Positions 55,010 through 64,000 of a stretch of DNA of 64,000 nucleotides are shown one piece after another; position 1 is the first letter of the stretch; each line of letters begins with the position of its first letter. The notes under the pieces were generated by a model, which was not told the DNA's origin, ran no database searches, and was given only the letters and a program-made list of their open reading frames with translations. Made by a program: the position numbers and the translations under genes. The DNA comes from an uncultured Oscillospiraceae bacterium (GTDB taxonomy: Bacteria > Bacillota > Clostridia > Christensenellales > QALW01). Location of the stretch: contig CAZBLS010000002.1 of the NCBI GenBank assembly GCA_964492705.1, positions 140-64,139 on the forward strand. Direction: 5' to 3'.

Positions 55010-56584
55010 TTAACGTTTCATCTTGGGGTCGAAAGCATCTCTCAAACCGTCACCCACAAGGTTGAACGCAAGTACCGTGAGGAGCAGGCAAACACCTGCG
55101 GGAACCCACACGTTAAGGTACGTTGTAAGTACGTGCGTATCGTTAACGTCGTTTATAATGTTACCCCACGAAGCAAAGGGGAACTTAACGCCCAAACCGA
55201 GGAACGAAAGCGTTGCTTCGGTAAGAATCGTGGAACCCAAACTCATTGAGCAGTTTACAATCAACTGCGGAATTACGTTGGGAATAAGGTGCTTGAATAT
55301 ACGCCTTGAAACGCTTATACCGCAAGCCTCTGTAGCGGACATAAACTCCTGTTCTCTGAGGGAGAGGATCTGTCCCCTTACAAGACGGGCGATACCGGGC
55401 CACCCCAAGAAGCCGAGCACAAGCATAAGCCAGAACATACGTGCATTGCTGTCCATTTTTGCGGCATCCATTGCGGCACCGATTATAATTATAATAGGCA
55501 TTGAGGGCAAGCAGTAGAAAATATCAACTATACGCATAATAAGGTTATCCACCCATTTGCCGAAGTATCCTGCAAGACCGCCCAAAATAACACCCAAAGA
55601 AGTTTCCATAATAACTACGATAAAGCCGATCAAAAGAGAAACTCTTCCGCCGTACATAAGACGGGAAAGCATATCCATACCCTTGGAGTCGGTTCCCAAC
55701 CAGTGTTCCTTGGAGGGCCTTTCGTACATAGAATATATGGTCTTAGCCTGTTCCTGCTTAATGTTCCACATTTCGTTGGCGGCATTGTAGGAAACGTTGT
55801 ATTTCTGCTCAACGCCGTCTTTATCGGTATAATAGAAAGATTCGCTTTCAACTTCGCCGTTGCGTACGAAATTACCGTTTTTAAGGAACTCTTCTATCTT
55901 TTCTTTAAAATCCCTTTCAAAGGAAAGGTCGGGATTTATGGGGTTAACGATATATCTGCTGATATAGCCGATCTCCGCACCGTTTTCGGTAATTACGCCA
56001 CTGTCGAGAACGTAATCTTTACCGTCCACGGTAAATGTACTTTCGCCGTTTGAATAAGCGGTAAGGGAGTTAAAATAGAAATCAAAACTTGCGGGGTCAT
56101 CTTTTTTGTAGCCGTCGCAATAGAGCAAGTCCTTAAACGCCAAAGCAACTTTTTCGCCGTCGCAATAAAGGGTATAAACGTCCTTGCCCTCTTCGGTTAC
56201 GGTGTATTTAAGGCCTTTGCTTTCAAAAGCCATTGAACCGTTTTTAATGGCAAGTGTCATTTCCGCTTTTGCAATTACGGGAACTTTTTCGCTGTTAAGT
56301 ACGGCATAGTTGAACTCGTTGTTTTCTTTTGCACCTGCAATATCCGTATTGAACACCTGCTTGGTGTAGAAAGTCTGGTCCTGCTCATAGGGGGAGATCC
56401 AACCTCCCACAAAGGAGAAAAGGAACATTGCCACAAGCACTGCAAGACCTGCAACGGCAAGCCTGTTACGGAAAAATCTTTTAAACACAAGCATTCCCGG
56501 AGAAAGCACTTTAACACGGCGGTCATCGTTTAACGAATACTGTTCTTTTCCGTTGTTTTTTTCTTTTTTCTTAACGTTTTCCAT
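55010..56584 (-). CDS. ABC permease, OppC/DppC type, with a large (~230 aa) extracytoplasmic insertion after TM1
   Basis: 524 aa. The HWLGTDSKGMDMLSRL motif appears only at about residue 295. The C-terminal half is a standard BPD_transp_1 core. Confidence 0.88.
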   Translation of the reverse strand: MENVKKKEKNNGKEQYSLNDDRRVKVLSPGMLVFKRFFRNRLAVAGLAVLVAMFLFSFVGGWISPYEQDQTFYTKQVFNTDIAGAKENNEFNYAVLNSEKVPVIAKAEMTLAIKNGSMAFESKGLKYTVTEEGKDVYTLYCDGEKVALAFKDLLYCDGYKKDDPASFDFYFNSLTAYSNGESTFTVDGKDYVLDSGVITENGAEIGYISRYIVNPINPDLSFERDFKEKIEEFLKNGNFVRNGEVESESFYYTDKDGVEQKYNVSYNAANEMWNIKQEQAKTIYSMYERPSKEHWLGTDSKGMDMLSRLMYGGRVSLLIGFIVVIMETSLGVILGGLAGYFGKWVDNLIMRIVDIFYCLPSMPIIIIIGAAMDAAKMDSNARMFWLMLVLGFLGWPGIARLVRGQILSLREQEFMSATEACGISVSRRIFKHLIPNVIPQLIVNCSMSLGSTILTEATLSFLGLGVKFPFASWGNIINDVNDTHVLTTYLNVWVPAGVCLLLTVLAFNLVGDGLRDAFDPKMKR

Positions 56585-56599
56585 TGTTCCGCCCCTTTC

Positions 56600-57586
56600 T
56601 TACGAGATACGTACTCTCGGGTCAACAACTGCGTAAAGGATATCCGAAATCAGGTTGCCCAAAAGCGTAAGTATTGCCAAGAATACAAGATAGAACATTG
56701 AGAAAGGTATATCTCCGCCTACCATTGACATATATGAAGCATAACCGATGCCGGGGATAGCAAACAACTGCTCGGTAATAAGGGCACCGGAGAAAAGACC
56801 GGGGAGCGAACCGCCGATTATGGTAACAAGGGGAATAAGCGTATTGCGGAAAGCGTGGTGATAAATGACCTTGCGCTCCGAAAGACCCTTTGCACGGGCG
56901 GTACGGATATAGTCGGCATTGAGAACTTCAAGCATATTGGTACGTGTATAACGCATAAGCGAACCCATTGAGCAAACAACGAGAACGGTTATGGGCATAA
57001 CCAAGTGGTTGGCCTTGTCCAATATTTGACCGAACGTAGACAGTGTGTCGTAATTCCTGCCAACAAGACCGAAAAGTTCAAACCAGCCTAATTTAACCGA
57101 GAAAACAAGTTTAAGCAACGACGCAAAGAAGAACGTGGGCAATGAAATACCCGCAAGAGCAATTACCGATACCGCATAGTCGGTTTTGCTGTACTGCTTT
57201 GTTGCCGAGAGCACACCCAAAGGTATTGCGATTATTATTTCAAAGAAAAACGAAACTGCTCCCATTACAAACGAAAGCCAAATGGTATCGTTAAACTTTT
57301 GGGTAACGGGAACGTTCCATACCCAACTTTCGCCGAAATCACCCCTGAAAAAACTGCCCAGCCAGCCGAAAAATCCGGGAACGATGCCTTTATCAAGATT
57401 ATACATCGCCTGTAACTGCTCCATCCATTCCTCAAAACTCTTGGAATTGGGTTGCATTGATTTCTGCCTTGCGGAATTTTCGATAAATGACGTAGGCAAA
57501 CAGCGGAGCATCGCATATATTATAAATGCCACAAAAAACAGTATCACTACCGAAAGTAAAATTCTTTTTATTATGTACTTAGACAC
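56600..57586 (-). CDS. ABC permease, OppB/DppB type
   Basis: 328 aa. The N-terminus YIIKRILLSVVILFFVAFIIY and the RTARAKGLSERKV EAA loop are typical. Confidence 0.9.
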   Translation of the reverse strand: MSKYIIKRILLSVVILFFVAFIIYAMLRCLPTSFIENSARQKSMQPNSKSFEEWMEQLQAMYNLDKGIVPGFFGWLGSFFRGDFGESWVWNVPVTQKFNDTIWLSFVMGAVSFFFEIIIAIPLGVLSATKQYSKTDYAVSVIALAGISLPTFFFASLLKLVFSVKLGWFELFGLVGRNYDTLSTFGQILDKANHLVMPITVLVVCSMGSLMRYTRTNMLEVLNADYIRTARAKGLSERKVIYHHAFRNTLIPLVTIIGGSLPGLFSGALITEQLFAIPGIGYASYMSMVGGDIPFSMFYLVFLAILTLLGNLISDILYAVVDPRVRIS

Positions 57587-57740
57587 GGTAATCCTCCTTT
57601 TTTTCCTTTTTACCGCTTAAAACGCAGTAAAAACACCGTAAAATACCCTATTATACAGGGATTTTTGCGGTGCAACGGATAATATCTATCCGAAAATACG
57701 CCAAACGGGCGTTTAGCATATTTTCGCATAAATATCAATA

Positions 57741-57772
57741 TTTGCCCTGCAATTATACTATTGCAGGGCAAA
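57741..57772 (-). promoter_or_regulatory. 13-bp perfect stem-loop between the binding-protein gene and the permease genes (attenuator/mRNA-stabilising hairpin)
   Basis: TTTGCCCTGCAAT (57741-57753) pairs with ATTGCAGGGCAAA (57760-57772). The downstream tract is only partly U-rich. Confidence 0.55.
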
Positions 57773-57794
57773 TTGATTATACGTTAATGCCCGA

Positions 57795-60098
57795 TTATTC
57801 CGCTACGTAAACTTCGAGATTCTGAATCTCAGCCATCCAATCGTAGTACGTGGTGATATCTTTAACTACCGTATTGATATTAACGCGCTCAGTACTGAAT
57901 ACAAATGCATTCTGTCTCTGATATACGGGAACTTCAACAGCCCAATCAACTACCTTTTCAAGGCAATCTTTGTAAAGAGTCTTTCTGTACTCTGTGTCAA
58001 AAGATTTTCTTGCTTTAAGGATGAGTTCGTCAAGGTCCTTATCGGCGATGTCGTACATATAGTTCGATCCGCCTGCGTTTTTACCGCCGTTTTCAACGTC
58101 GGAGTAGTAGATCTGATACATATCGGGGTCAAGAGTTGCGCCCCAAGCGGCAGTCCACATATCGCACTGCTCGGACTCGATAGCGGTCCAAAGGTCAGCG
58201 GAGTTTGTAAGGTCTTTAACGGTAATGGTGATACCGATTTCTTCAAGAGCATTCTTAGCCTCGGTAGCCATCATAAATGCAGGGTGGTCACCTGTTCCGT
58301 CAGCGGGGATCTGCAACTCATATTCGAGTTTTGCGCCTGCGGGAGCGGCAATTGCCTTGCCGTTTTCAACAGTATAGCCTGCTGCTTCAAGGAAGCCGAG
58401 AGCAGCCTTTTTAGCAGCATCGTATTTAGCTTCGGAATCCATATCGGTGGTGTAGATAGGATTGCCGTTAACGTCGGTTGAGAAAGCGATCTTGTATCCC
58501 TCATCGGTAGATCTGGGAGCAGCCCAAGAAGTATCGGAGATAGGATAGTTGATTACGCTTGCACGCTCGCCGTAGTAGGAGTCTACCGAAAGGTCACGGT
58601 AAACAGCGAATACGGTAGCAAGTGCTTTACGGAGGTTTTTGGAAGCCTCTGAGCCTGCATCGCCGCCTACGTTGATGCGGTTAGCGGACATACCCATATA
58701 GCCGTAGCCAAGGTTGTTAACGGTAACGGAAGTGATTTTGTCACCGGTGATATTACCGTTGGAGTTGGTTTTCTGAATGGTCTCAACAGCGTTCAGGTCG
58801 AAGGAAGGATCGGTAATATCGATAGTTCCGGTAACAACACCGTTAAGTTTATCTTTTTCGTTAACTTCTTTAAACTGAACATATTTGGTGAGGGGTTTGC
58901 CCTGATAGTAGTAATCGTTAGCGGTGAAGCTGATTACGCCGTTTTCGAATTTATCGAATTTGTAAGGACCTGCGCCCATGGGAACGGAAGTCTTTGCACG
59001 GACGGTGGAAAGGTCACCCTTTACGAAACCGAACTTGTTGTTGTCATAGTCATAAGCTTCTTTGCTGCCGTAATAGTGCATAGGAGCAACTGTTACGCCA
59101 AGTTGATAAATAGCGGTAGCGTCAACTTCGGTAAGAGTAACACGGAGAGTGTTAGCACCGGTTTTTTCGATACCTTCGATCTTGTCAACACCGGTATCGC
59201 TTATTTTGATACCTTTGGTGGAAGAAGTGTAAACCGCTTCGGGAACAAGGTCGGAAAGAGCGGAACCTGCGCTTTCAGCTTCCATAGCCGAGAAGTTCCA
59301 ATCATAGTCTTCGGCGATAGCAAGGAAGAAATCCTTTGCGGTAGCATCTGCGTCAAGGTCAAAGCCCCAGGTAGCTGCACAAGCGGCAACCGTATCGTCT
59401 TCTTTGTTGTAGCCTGCGCTCTTGCAAAGGTCAACGATCTCCTGAGCGAATTTAACACCGCCGTCATTTACGGCAGCCCAGAATGCATTAACTTCTTCTT
59501 CGGAAACCTTTGAGAAGTCAGTGGTATCTTCGCCCAAGGAAGCAATATATGCCGAAACTGTGGTCATATCGCTTCTGTATTCTTTCATACCTTTGATCGG
59601 AGTGGCGAAGAAAGTGCTTGAACCGTCATAAGTAGGATCGGAAAGAACGTACATTGAGAAGATTACGTCATCAACGGTAAGTAATTCTCCGTCGGAGAAC
59701 TTAACGTCGTCACGGAGCGTGAAATCATATGCAACGGTTCCGTCGGAATTTTCGGTAATTACACAGTCAGCAATACCGTAGTAGGTATAGTCGGTTCCGT
59801 TGTATTGTTTGGTTTCACCCTTGATACCGTTCATAATGATAGCACCGGTTCTGTCGCTGGTAAGCAAACCAACCTGTGTCATCTCCATAGCGTCCTGATC
59901 GTAAGCAGACTCTGCGAAGAAAGGCGAGAATTTGCTTGAAAAGTTCGCATATCCGACAACAAGAGGTGTCTTGTCTTGCTGTTGGCGGTCATTTTCGGGG
60001 TCGTTTACACCCGGAGTTGCGGGTTTACAACCTGCAAGAGCGGACATACAAAGAACCACGCCAAGCGCAACTGCAAGAATGCGTTTTACGTTTTTCAT
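57795..60098 (-). CDS. large (767 aa) family-5 ABC substrate-binding lipoprotein
   Basis: ORF 57795-60266. The true start is MKNVKRILAVALGVVLCMSALAGC at 60098, behind AGGAGG. Lipobox LAGC. SBP_bac_5-like core with long insertions. Confidence 0.85.
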   Translation of the reverse strand: MKNVKRILAVALGVVLCMSALAGCKPATPGVNDPENDRQQQDKTPLVVGYANFSSKFSPFFAESAYDQDAMEMTQVGLLTSDRTGAIIMNGIKGETKQYNGTDYTYYGIADCVITENSDGTVAYDFTLRDDVKFSDGELLTVDDVIFSMYVLSDPTYDGSSTFFATPIKGMKEYRSDMTTVSAYIASLGEDTTDFSKVSEEEVNAFWAAVNDGGVKFAQEIVDLCKSAGYNKEDDTVAACAATWGFDLDADATAKDFFLAIAEDYDWNFSAMEAESAGSALSDLVPEAVYTSSTKGIKISDTGVDKIEGIEKTGANTLRVTLTEVDATAIYQLGVTVAPMHYYGSKEAYDYDNNKFGFVKGDLSTVRAKTSVPMGAGPYKFDKFENGVISFTANDYYYQGKPLTKYVQFKEVNEKDKLNGVVTGTIDITDPSFDLNAVETIQKTNSNGNITGDKITSVTVNNLGYGYMGMSANRINVGGDAGSEASKNLRKALATVFAVYRDLSVDSYYGERASVINYPISDTSWAAPRSTDEGYKIAFSTDVNGNPIYTTDMDSEAKYDAAKKAALGFLEAAGYTVENGKAIAAPAGAKLEYELQIPADGTGDHPAFMMATEAKNALEEIGITITVKDLTNSADLWTAIESEQCDMWTAAWGATLDPDMYQIYYSDVENGGKNAGGSNYMYDIADKDLDELILKARKSFDTEYRKTLYKDCLEKVVDWAVEVPVYQRQNAFVFSTERVNINTVVKDITTYYDWMAEIQNLEVYVAE

Positions 60099-60128
60099 AG
60101 AGTTTATCCTCCTAAAAATTTTATAAAG

Positions 60129-60277
60129 ACCGATTTCTATCGGTACTTTGCAAAAAAGTAACTGATGATCTCTTTGCATCCGTATGTATACGGATGCAAA
60201 AGGGGGATCCCCCTTTTGCCTTAAAGGCATATGCTCAACCGAGAACGAATATTCTTTTCTTCTCAAATATTCGCCTT
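60129..60277 (-). promoter_or_regulatory. structured ~180-nt 5' leader of the ABC operon, made of serial hairpins/palindromes
   Basis: ACGAATATT/AATATTCGC (60245-60274), GCCTTAAAGGC (60218-60228), GCAAAAGGGGGATCCCCCTTTTGC (60196-60219), GCATCCGTAT-GT-ATACGGATGC (60176-60197), ACCGAT-ttct-ATCGGT (60129-60144). Confidence 0.5.
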
Positions 60278-60283
60278 TTTCAA

Positions 60284-60312
60284 ATTATACTCCAAATATG
60301 CAAAAATGGCAA
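60284..60312 (-). promoter_or_regulatory. sigma-A-type promoter of the ABC importer operon
   Basis: On the minus strand: TTGCCA (60307-60312), 17 nt, TATAAT (60284-60289). Confidence 0.6.
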
Positions 60313-60352
60313 GATATTTTTTCCCAAATTTGCGTTATTTTGCATATTTATA

Positions 60353-60904
60353 TCACTTTATTTCATTTTTTGTGGCTCTGTCCTGCCTAAAATCGGCTTT
60401 TTTTGCAAAATTTGCAAGAAAATTCCCCAAAATCCCACTGAGTATCTTTAATGCAAAAAATATAACAGCAAAAAGAATTTTCCCGTCAAATCCGTTTATG
60501 CACACAAATACAACCGTGGCAACGGTTTCAGATGCACATGTAATAAAGTTAAATATACTGCGTTTGGAAAACGCCCCCAAAGTGGCATTGTATATATAAC
60601 CCCGAAGCGGAACCTTTGCCGACATAAACTTTACCGACGCCCAAACAAGGGAAAACGAAGATGCGATTTCAAGCACCCACGGGATAATAACGTAAAAGCA
60701 GTTATCCATTCCCGGTGACGGAATACATCCGCTCAAAACGGCACACAGTGCAGGCAAAAAACTTAAAAGGAGAATTTCCCATTTGAGTTTTTTTATATTC
60801 TTCTCGCCGTAATAACCGTAAAGTGCACCCTCGTAGGCGTATTTGCCCTCACTGTTCAGTTTAAAATCGTTAAGGTAACTTCTGTAACCTTTTTTCTTCG
60901 ACAT
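60353..60904 (-). CDS. hypothetical polytopic membrane protein
   Basis: 183 aa with 4-5 predicted TM helices. Starts 1 nt after the pepF stop. No motif recognised. Confidence 0.6.
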   Translation of the reverse strand: MSKKKGYRSYLNDFKLNSEGKYAYEGALYGYYGEKNIKKLKWEILLLSFLPALCAVLSGCIPSPGMDNCFYVIIPWVLEIASSFSLVWASVKFMSAKVPLRGYIYNATLGAFSKRSIFNFITCASETVATVVFVCINGFDGKILFAVIFFALKILSGILGNFLANFAKKADFRQDRATKNEIK

Positions 60905-60905
60905 A

Positions 60906-62609
60906 TTATTCTATACCCGTAAGATCGAAGTTATCAAGCCACTTTTTAGCTTCTTCGCATACGCTTTTAAGGCAGTTTTCGTCAAAAGGCGAAACCAAAG
61001 AAGCACTTTCAAGCAGTTGGGTAAATGTCTTACTTCCGCCGTGAACGGAATACGCCATATATTTTTCCCACGCTTCCGTTTTGTCCTGCTGTATGAGTTT
61101 CCAGAACTGCAACGCAACAGTCTGTGCAAAGCAGTAATCTATATAGTAAAAAGGCGACGAATAAATATGATGCTTCATCTGCCAATCTTCACCCTCGCCG
61201 TAGAAAGGAATTTCGCCGTCAAGTTTTATCCAAGGCATATAGATGCCCAAAAGTTTTTTCCATTCGCCGTGGCGTTCCTTGGGTGTAAGTTCGGGATGTT
61301 CGTATACGATGTGCTGGAAATGATCCACAGCCGTGCCGTAGGGAATAAACGTAAGTGCGCCGGAAAGATGCGAATACTTAAATTTCCTTGCATCTTCTCC
61401 GAAAAATCCCTCCGCTTCCTGCCAAGCGAAAAATTCCATTGACATCGAATGCACTTCACAAGCCTCGTAACTTGCCCAAATACTGTTAAAGGGAACTCTT
61501 TTGCGATTGAGCCAGCAGTTGAAAGCGTGTCCGCCCTCGTGGGTCAGCACTTCCACGTCGTGCATAGTTCCGTTAAAGTTTGCAAATATAAAGGGTACTT
61601 CGTAATCGGGTATTCCCGTGCAGTAGCCTCCGCCCCTCTTGCCCTCGGTAGAAAGCAAACTCATAAGTTCTCTCTCTCGCATAGTTTTAAAGAACTCGCT
61701 TGTCTCGGGCGAAAGTTCGTCATAGAATTTGGTTGCCGTATTTACTATATCATCCGCATTTCCCGCAGGACGTGCATTTCCCGAACGGAATTCAAGGGCA
61801 TTGTCGGCAAAATTCATAGGATACTCCTTGCCCAATCTTTTCGCCTGCTCCCTGTAAATACTGTCGGCAACGGGAACAAGATACTTTACAACCGCCTTGC
61901 GGAATTTCTCCACGTCTTCTTTCGTGTAGCAATCTCTGCACATACGGTAATAGCCAAGTTCCGTATAGTCCTTATAGCCCATTTTCTTGCCCATTGCATC
62001 ACGCAAATGCACAAGTTTATCGTATATCCCGTCAAGTTTTTCCTGATTGTCCTTAAACCATTTACCCTCGGCTTTCCAAGCACGCAAACGCACACCGTCA
62101 TCGGCGCTGTTTTTAAAGGGCGAAAGTTGCGAAATGGTGTAAACCCCACCGTCAAACTCTATCTGTGCGGAAGCAAGCAACGTTTCGTATTCCTGTGCAA
62201 GATCGTTTTCTTCCTGCGATTCGCTTACTATCTCGGGAGAAAACGCTTTCATCTGTATCTCTTCATCGAGAATCATTCTGTCGCCGTACTCCGCCTTAAA
62301 GTTTTCTTTAAAAGGACTTGCAAGCAACGCAACGGTAAACTGCTGATCTGCCTCGTTGATCTCGGGCATAGCCATATTTAAGTACTTTGTTTCTTCCTCA
62401 TAAAACTTATCTCTCGTGTCTATTGAATTACGGATCTCCGCAAGTGCCGACGAGGTGGCATAATGCCTGATAATTCCGTCGTGCTCCAAGAAAACTTCCT
62501 TTGCTCTTTCGTAACTGTCCGCCTTTTTAAGTTCTTCCGCCAAACGGATAAGTTCGCTTTTCAACTGCTCCTTGTCCGTGCGGATATATTCCATCCCGTT
62601 AAATTTCAT
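60906..62609 (-). CDS. pepF: M3-family oligoendopeptidase (PepF-like)
   Basis: ORF 60906-62681. The true start is MKFNGMEYIRTD at 62609, behind GGAGAGGAAAA. Zinc motif HEGGHAF. Confidence 0.88.
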   Translation of the reverse strand: MKFNGMEYIRTDKEQLKSELIRLAEELKKADSYERAKEVFLEHDGIIRHYATSSALAEIRNSIDTRDKFYEEETKYLNMAMPEINEADQQFTVALLASPFKENFKAEYGDRMILDEEIQMKAFSPEIVSESQEENDLAQEYETLLASAQIEFDGGVYTISQLSPFKNSADDGVRLRAWKAEGKWFKDNQEKLDGIYDKLVHLRDAMGKKMGYKDYTELGYYRMCRDCYTKEDVEKFRKAVVKYLVPVADSIYREQAKRLGKEYPMNFADNALEFRSGNARPAGNADDIVNTATKFYDELSPETSEFFKTMRERELMSLLSTEGKRGGGYCTGIPDYEVPFIFANFNGTMHDVEVLTHEGGHAFNCWLNRKRVPFNSIWASYEACEVHSMSMEFFAWQEAEGFFGEDARKFKYSHLSGALTFIPYGTAVDHFQHIVYEHPELTPKERHGEWKKLLGIYMPWIKLDGEIPFYGEGEDWQMKHHIYSSPFYYIDYCFAQTVALQFWKLIQQDKTEAWEKYMAYSVHGGSKTFTQLLESASLVSPFDENCLKSVCEEAKKWLDNFDLTGIE

Positions 62610-62620
62610 TTTTCCTCTCC

Positions 62621-64000
62621 TTAATCCACTATATTTCTTATCCACATACCTTTTTTCACAAAGATATAACCGATAATGCATTTGATAATATTAAGTGCCT
62701 GACATACCGCAAACAGATACAGTATGGAAAGCGACGTGTATCTGCTCATAAAGAACGCCGCCGGTACGGAAATGCACCAAACAAAGCAACTGTCAAACAG
62801 GAACGTTATAAGGGTTTTTCCGCCCGAACGCAAGGTGAAATACGATGCGTTTGCGAAAGCGTCAATGGGCATTGCCACGGCGCATATCTGCATAAGTCTT
62901 GTGGCGGTGAATTTAATATCATCGGTAGTATTGTACATTTGCGGTATAAAGTCCGCACACACAAAATACGCTGCGCCGACGATAACGCTTACAAACAGCG
63001 AAAAGGCAATAAGTTTACCGCTTTCTTCCTTTGCCCTCTCGGTCTCGCCTGCGCCAAGCGTTTGCCCGAGCATAATACCTATTGCCGCACCAACCGCCAT
63101 AAATGCCACCGAGAACACGTTAAAGAACGTTTGCGAAATATTGTTTGCGGCAACAACGTCAAGTCCCCTTAACGAATAGCACTGGTTAAGCATAGCCGTG
63201 CCTGTTGCCCAAAGCGCTTCGTTTACCATTAAAGGCATACCTTTTACCGCAATATCCTTTACAAGTCCTTTGGGAACTTTCAAACTTGCAAACGCTCCCA
63301 CTATAAAGGGATTTGTCGTACTGTTCATCTTTGTCCACACAACAACAAACAGAAGTTCGGTAAAACGGGAAATTACCGTTGCTATCGCCGCACCCTTTGC
63401 TCCCATTGCAGGGAAACCGAAGTGTCCGAAAATAAGCACGTAGTTAAGACACAAGTTCACACAAACGGCAACTATGCCTGCATACATAGGTATCATTGCC
63501 TTGCCCGTTTCCCTTAAAGTGGAACCGTAGCACTGCACAACGGCATAGGGTATAAGACCTATAAGCATAATATTTATGTATTCCACTGCGCATTTGAGCG
63601 ATGCTTCCGCATTTTCGGCACTACCCTCGCCCTGCAAGTAGAGATTTGTAAGTTCTCCGCCCCAAAGTGCGAAAACGCCTATTGCAAGAAGCGAAAACAG
63701 CACGCAAAATATTACTTTGAACCTAAACGTATCTCTAACACCTTTTACGTCATTCTTGCCGAAAAACTGTGCACCGAAAATTCCGGCTCCGGATACCGCA
63801 CCGAATATGCAAAGGTTAAATACGAAGATAAGCTGGTTTGCAACGGCAACACCCGTCATTTCCACAGTGCCTATACGCCCAACCATAATATTGTCAAGCA
63901 TACTTACAAAGTTGGTTATTCCGTTTTGAATCATTATGGGAATCATCAAAACAAGTATTCTTTTATAAAAATTTTTATCGCCGATATACTTTTTAAACAT
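62621..64000 (-). CDS. MATE-family efflux transporter (ATG is the last codon of the window; an upstream start cannot be excluded)
   Basis: 459 aa. The N-terminus FYKRILVLMIPIMIQNGITNFVSMLDNIMVGRIG is typical of MATE. 12 TM. Confidence 0.85.
   Translation of the reverse strand: MFKKYIGDKNFYKRILVLMIPIMIQNGITNFVSMLDNIMVGRIGTVEMTGVAVANQLIFVFNLCIFGAVSGAGIFGAQFFGKNDVKGVRDTFRFKVIFCVLFSLLAIGVFALWGGELTNLYLQGEGSAENAEASLKCAVEYINIMLIGLIPYAVVQCYGSTLRETGKAMIPMYAGIVAVCVNLCLNYVLIFGHFGFPAMGAKGAAIATVISRFTELLFVVVWTKMNSTTNPFIVGAFASLKVPKGLVKDIAVKGMPLMVNEALWATGTAMLNQCYSLRGLDVVAANNISQTFFNVFSVAFMAVGAAIGIMLGQTLGAGETERAKEESGKLIAFSLFVSVIVGAAYFVCADFIPQMYNTTDDIKFTATRLMQICAVAMPIDAFANASYFTLRSGGKTLITFLFDSCFVWCISVPAAFFMSRYTSLSILYLFAVCQALNIIKCIIGYIFVKKGMWIRNIVD

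Noticed and set aside
60201-60214. The GGGGGATCCCCC core (it contains a BamHI site) as a possible cloning or vector artefact.
   Set aside because: It is embedded in a longer native-looking palindrome series within an AT-rich leader. No vector-like flanking sequence is visible, so I treat it as genomic.
1-64000. Searched for CRISPR arrays, rRNA genes, IS elements, transposases, integrases, prophage genes, toxin-antitoxin pairs and recognisable defence systems.
   Set aside because: I found no spaced short direct repeats, no rRNA-like sequence and no recombinase/transposase or phage structural motifs. The only defence- or mobile-like trace is the SNF2/HNH-like remnant at 27917-29106.

Overview
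This 64-kb window looks like core chromosome from an endospore-forming Firmicute (class Clostridia). The evidence is spoIIAA-spoIIAB-sigF, yabP-yabQ-divIC and a SleB-like cortex hydrolase. I can support about 55 protein genes, one tRNA-Trp, a cobalamin riboswitch, a Mn2+ (yybP-ykoY) riboswitch, and many sigma-A-type promoters and intrinsic terminators. Housekeeping genes present: rplU (partial), thiI plus a cysteine desulfurase, rfbCBD, glgA, argS, rpmE, rbgA-rnhB-yraN, polA-coaE, and a Ppx/GppA phosphatase. Transport genes present: mntP, a Na/Pi-PhoU protein, an NCS2 purine permease, two MATE pumps and a five-gene Opp/Dpp-type ABC importer. I saw no rRNA, CRISPR array, transposase, integrase or prophage genes. 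I did not find a clear-cut novel multi-gene system such as a defence island. The strongest oddities are: (1) a perfect in-frame 180-bp tandem duplication inside rpmE that predicts a double L31; (2) a 1615-aa protein fusing two different GT-C glycosyltransferase modules with CBM and discoidin-like domains, sitting inside the rnhB-yraN-polA operon; (3) a 67-aa cysteine-rich, internally repeated hydrophobic peptide apparently co-transcribed with the Mn-riboswitch-controlled mntP; (4) an atypical Opp-type importer locus with oversized components, two Gfo/Idh/MocA oxidoreductases, an unknown 563-aa protein and a leader built of contiguous perfect palindromes; (5) a frameshifted SNF2 helicase C-lobe/HNH-like remnant. 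All protein assignments come from motif recognition by eye, with no database search.
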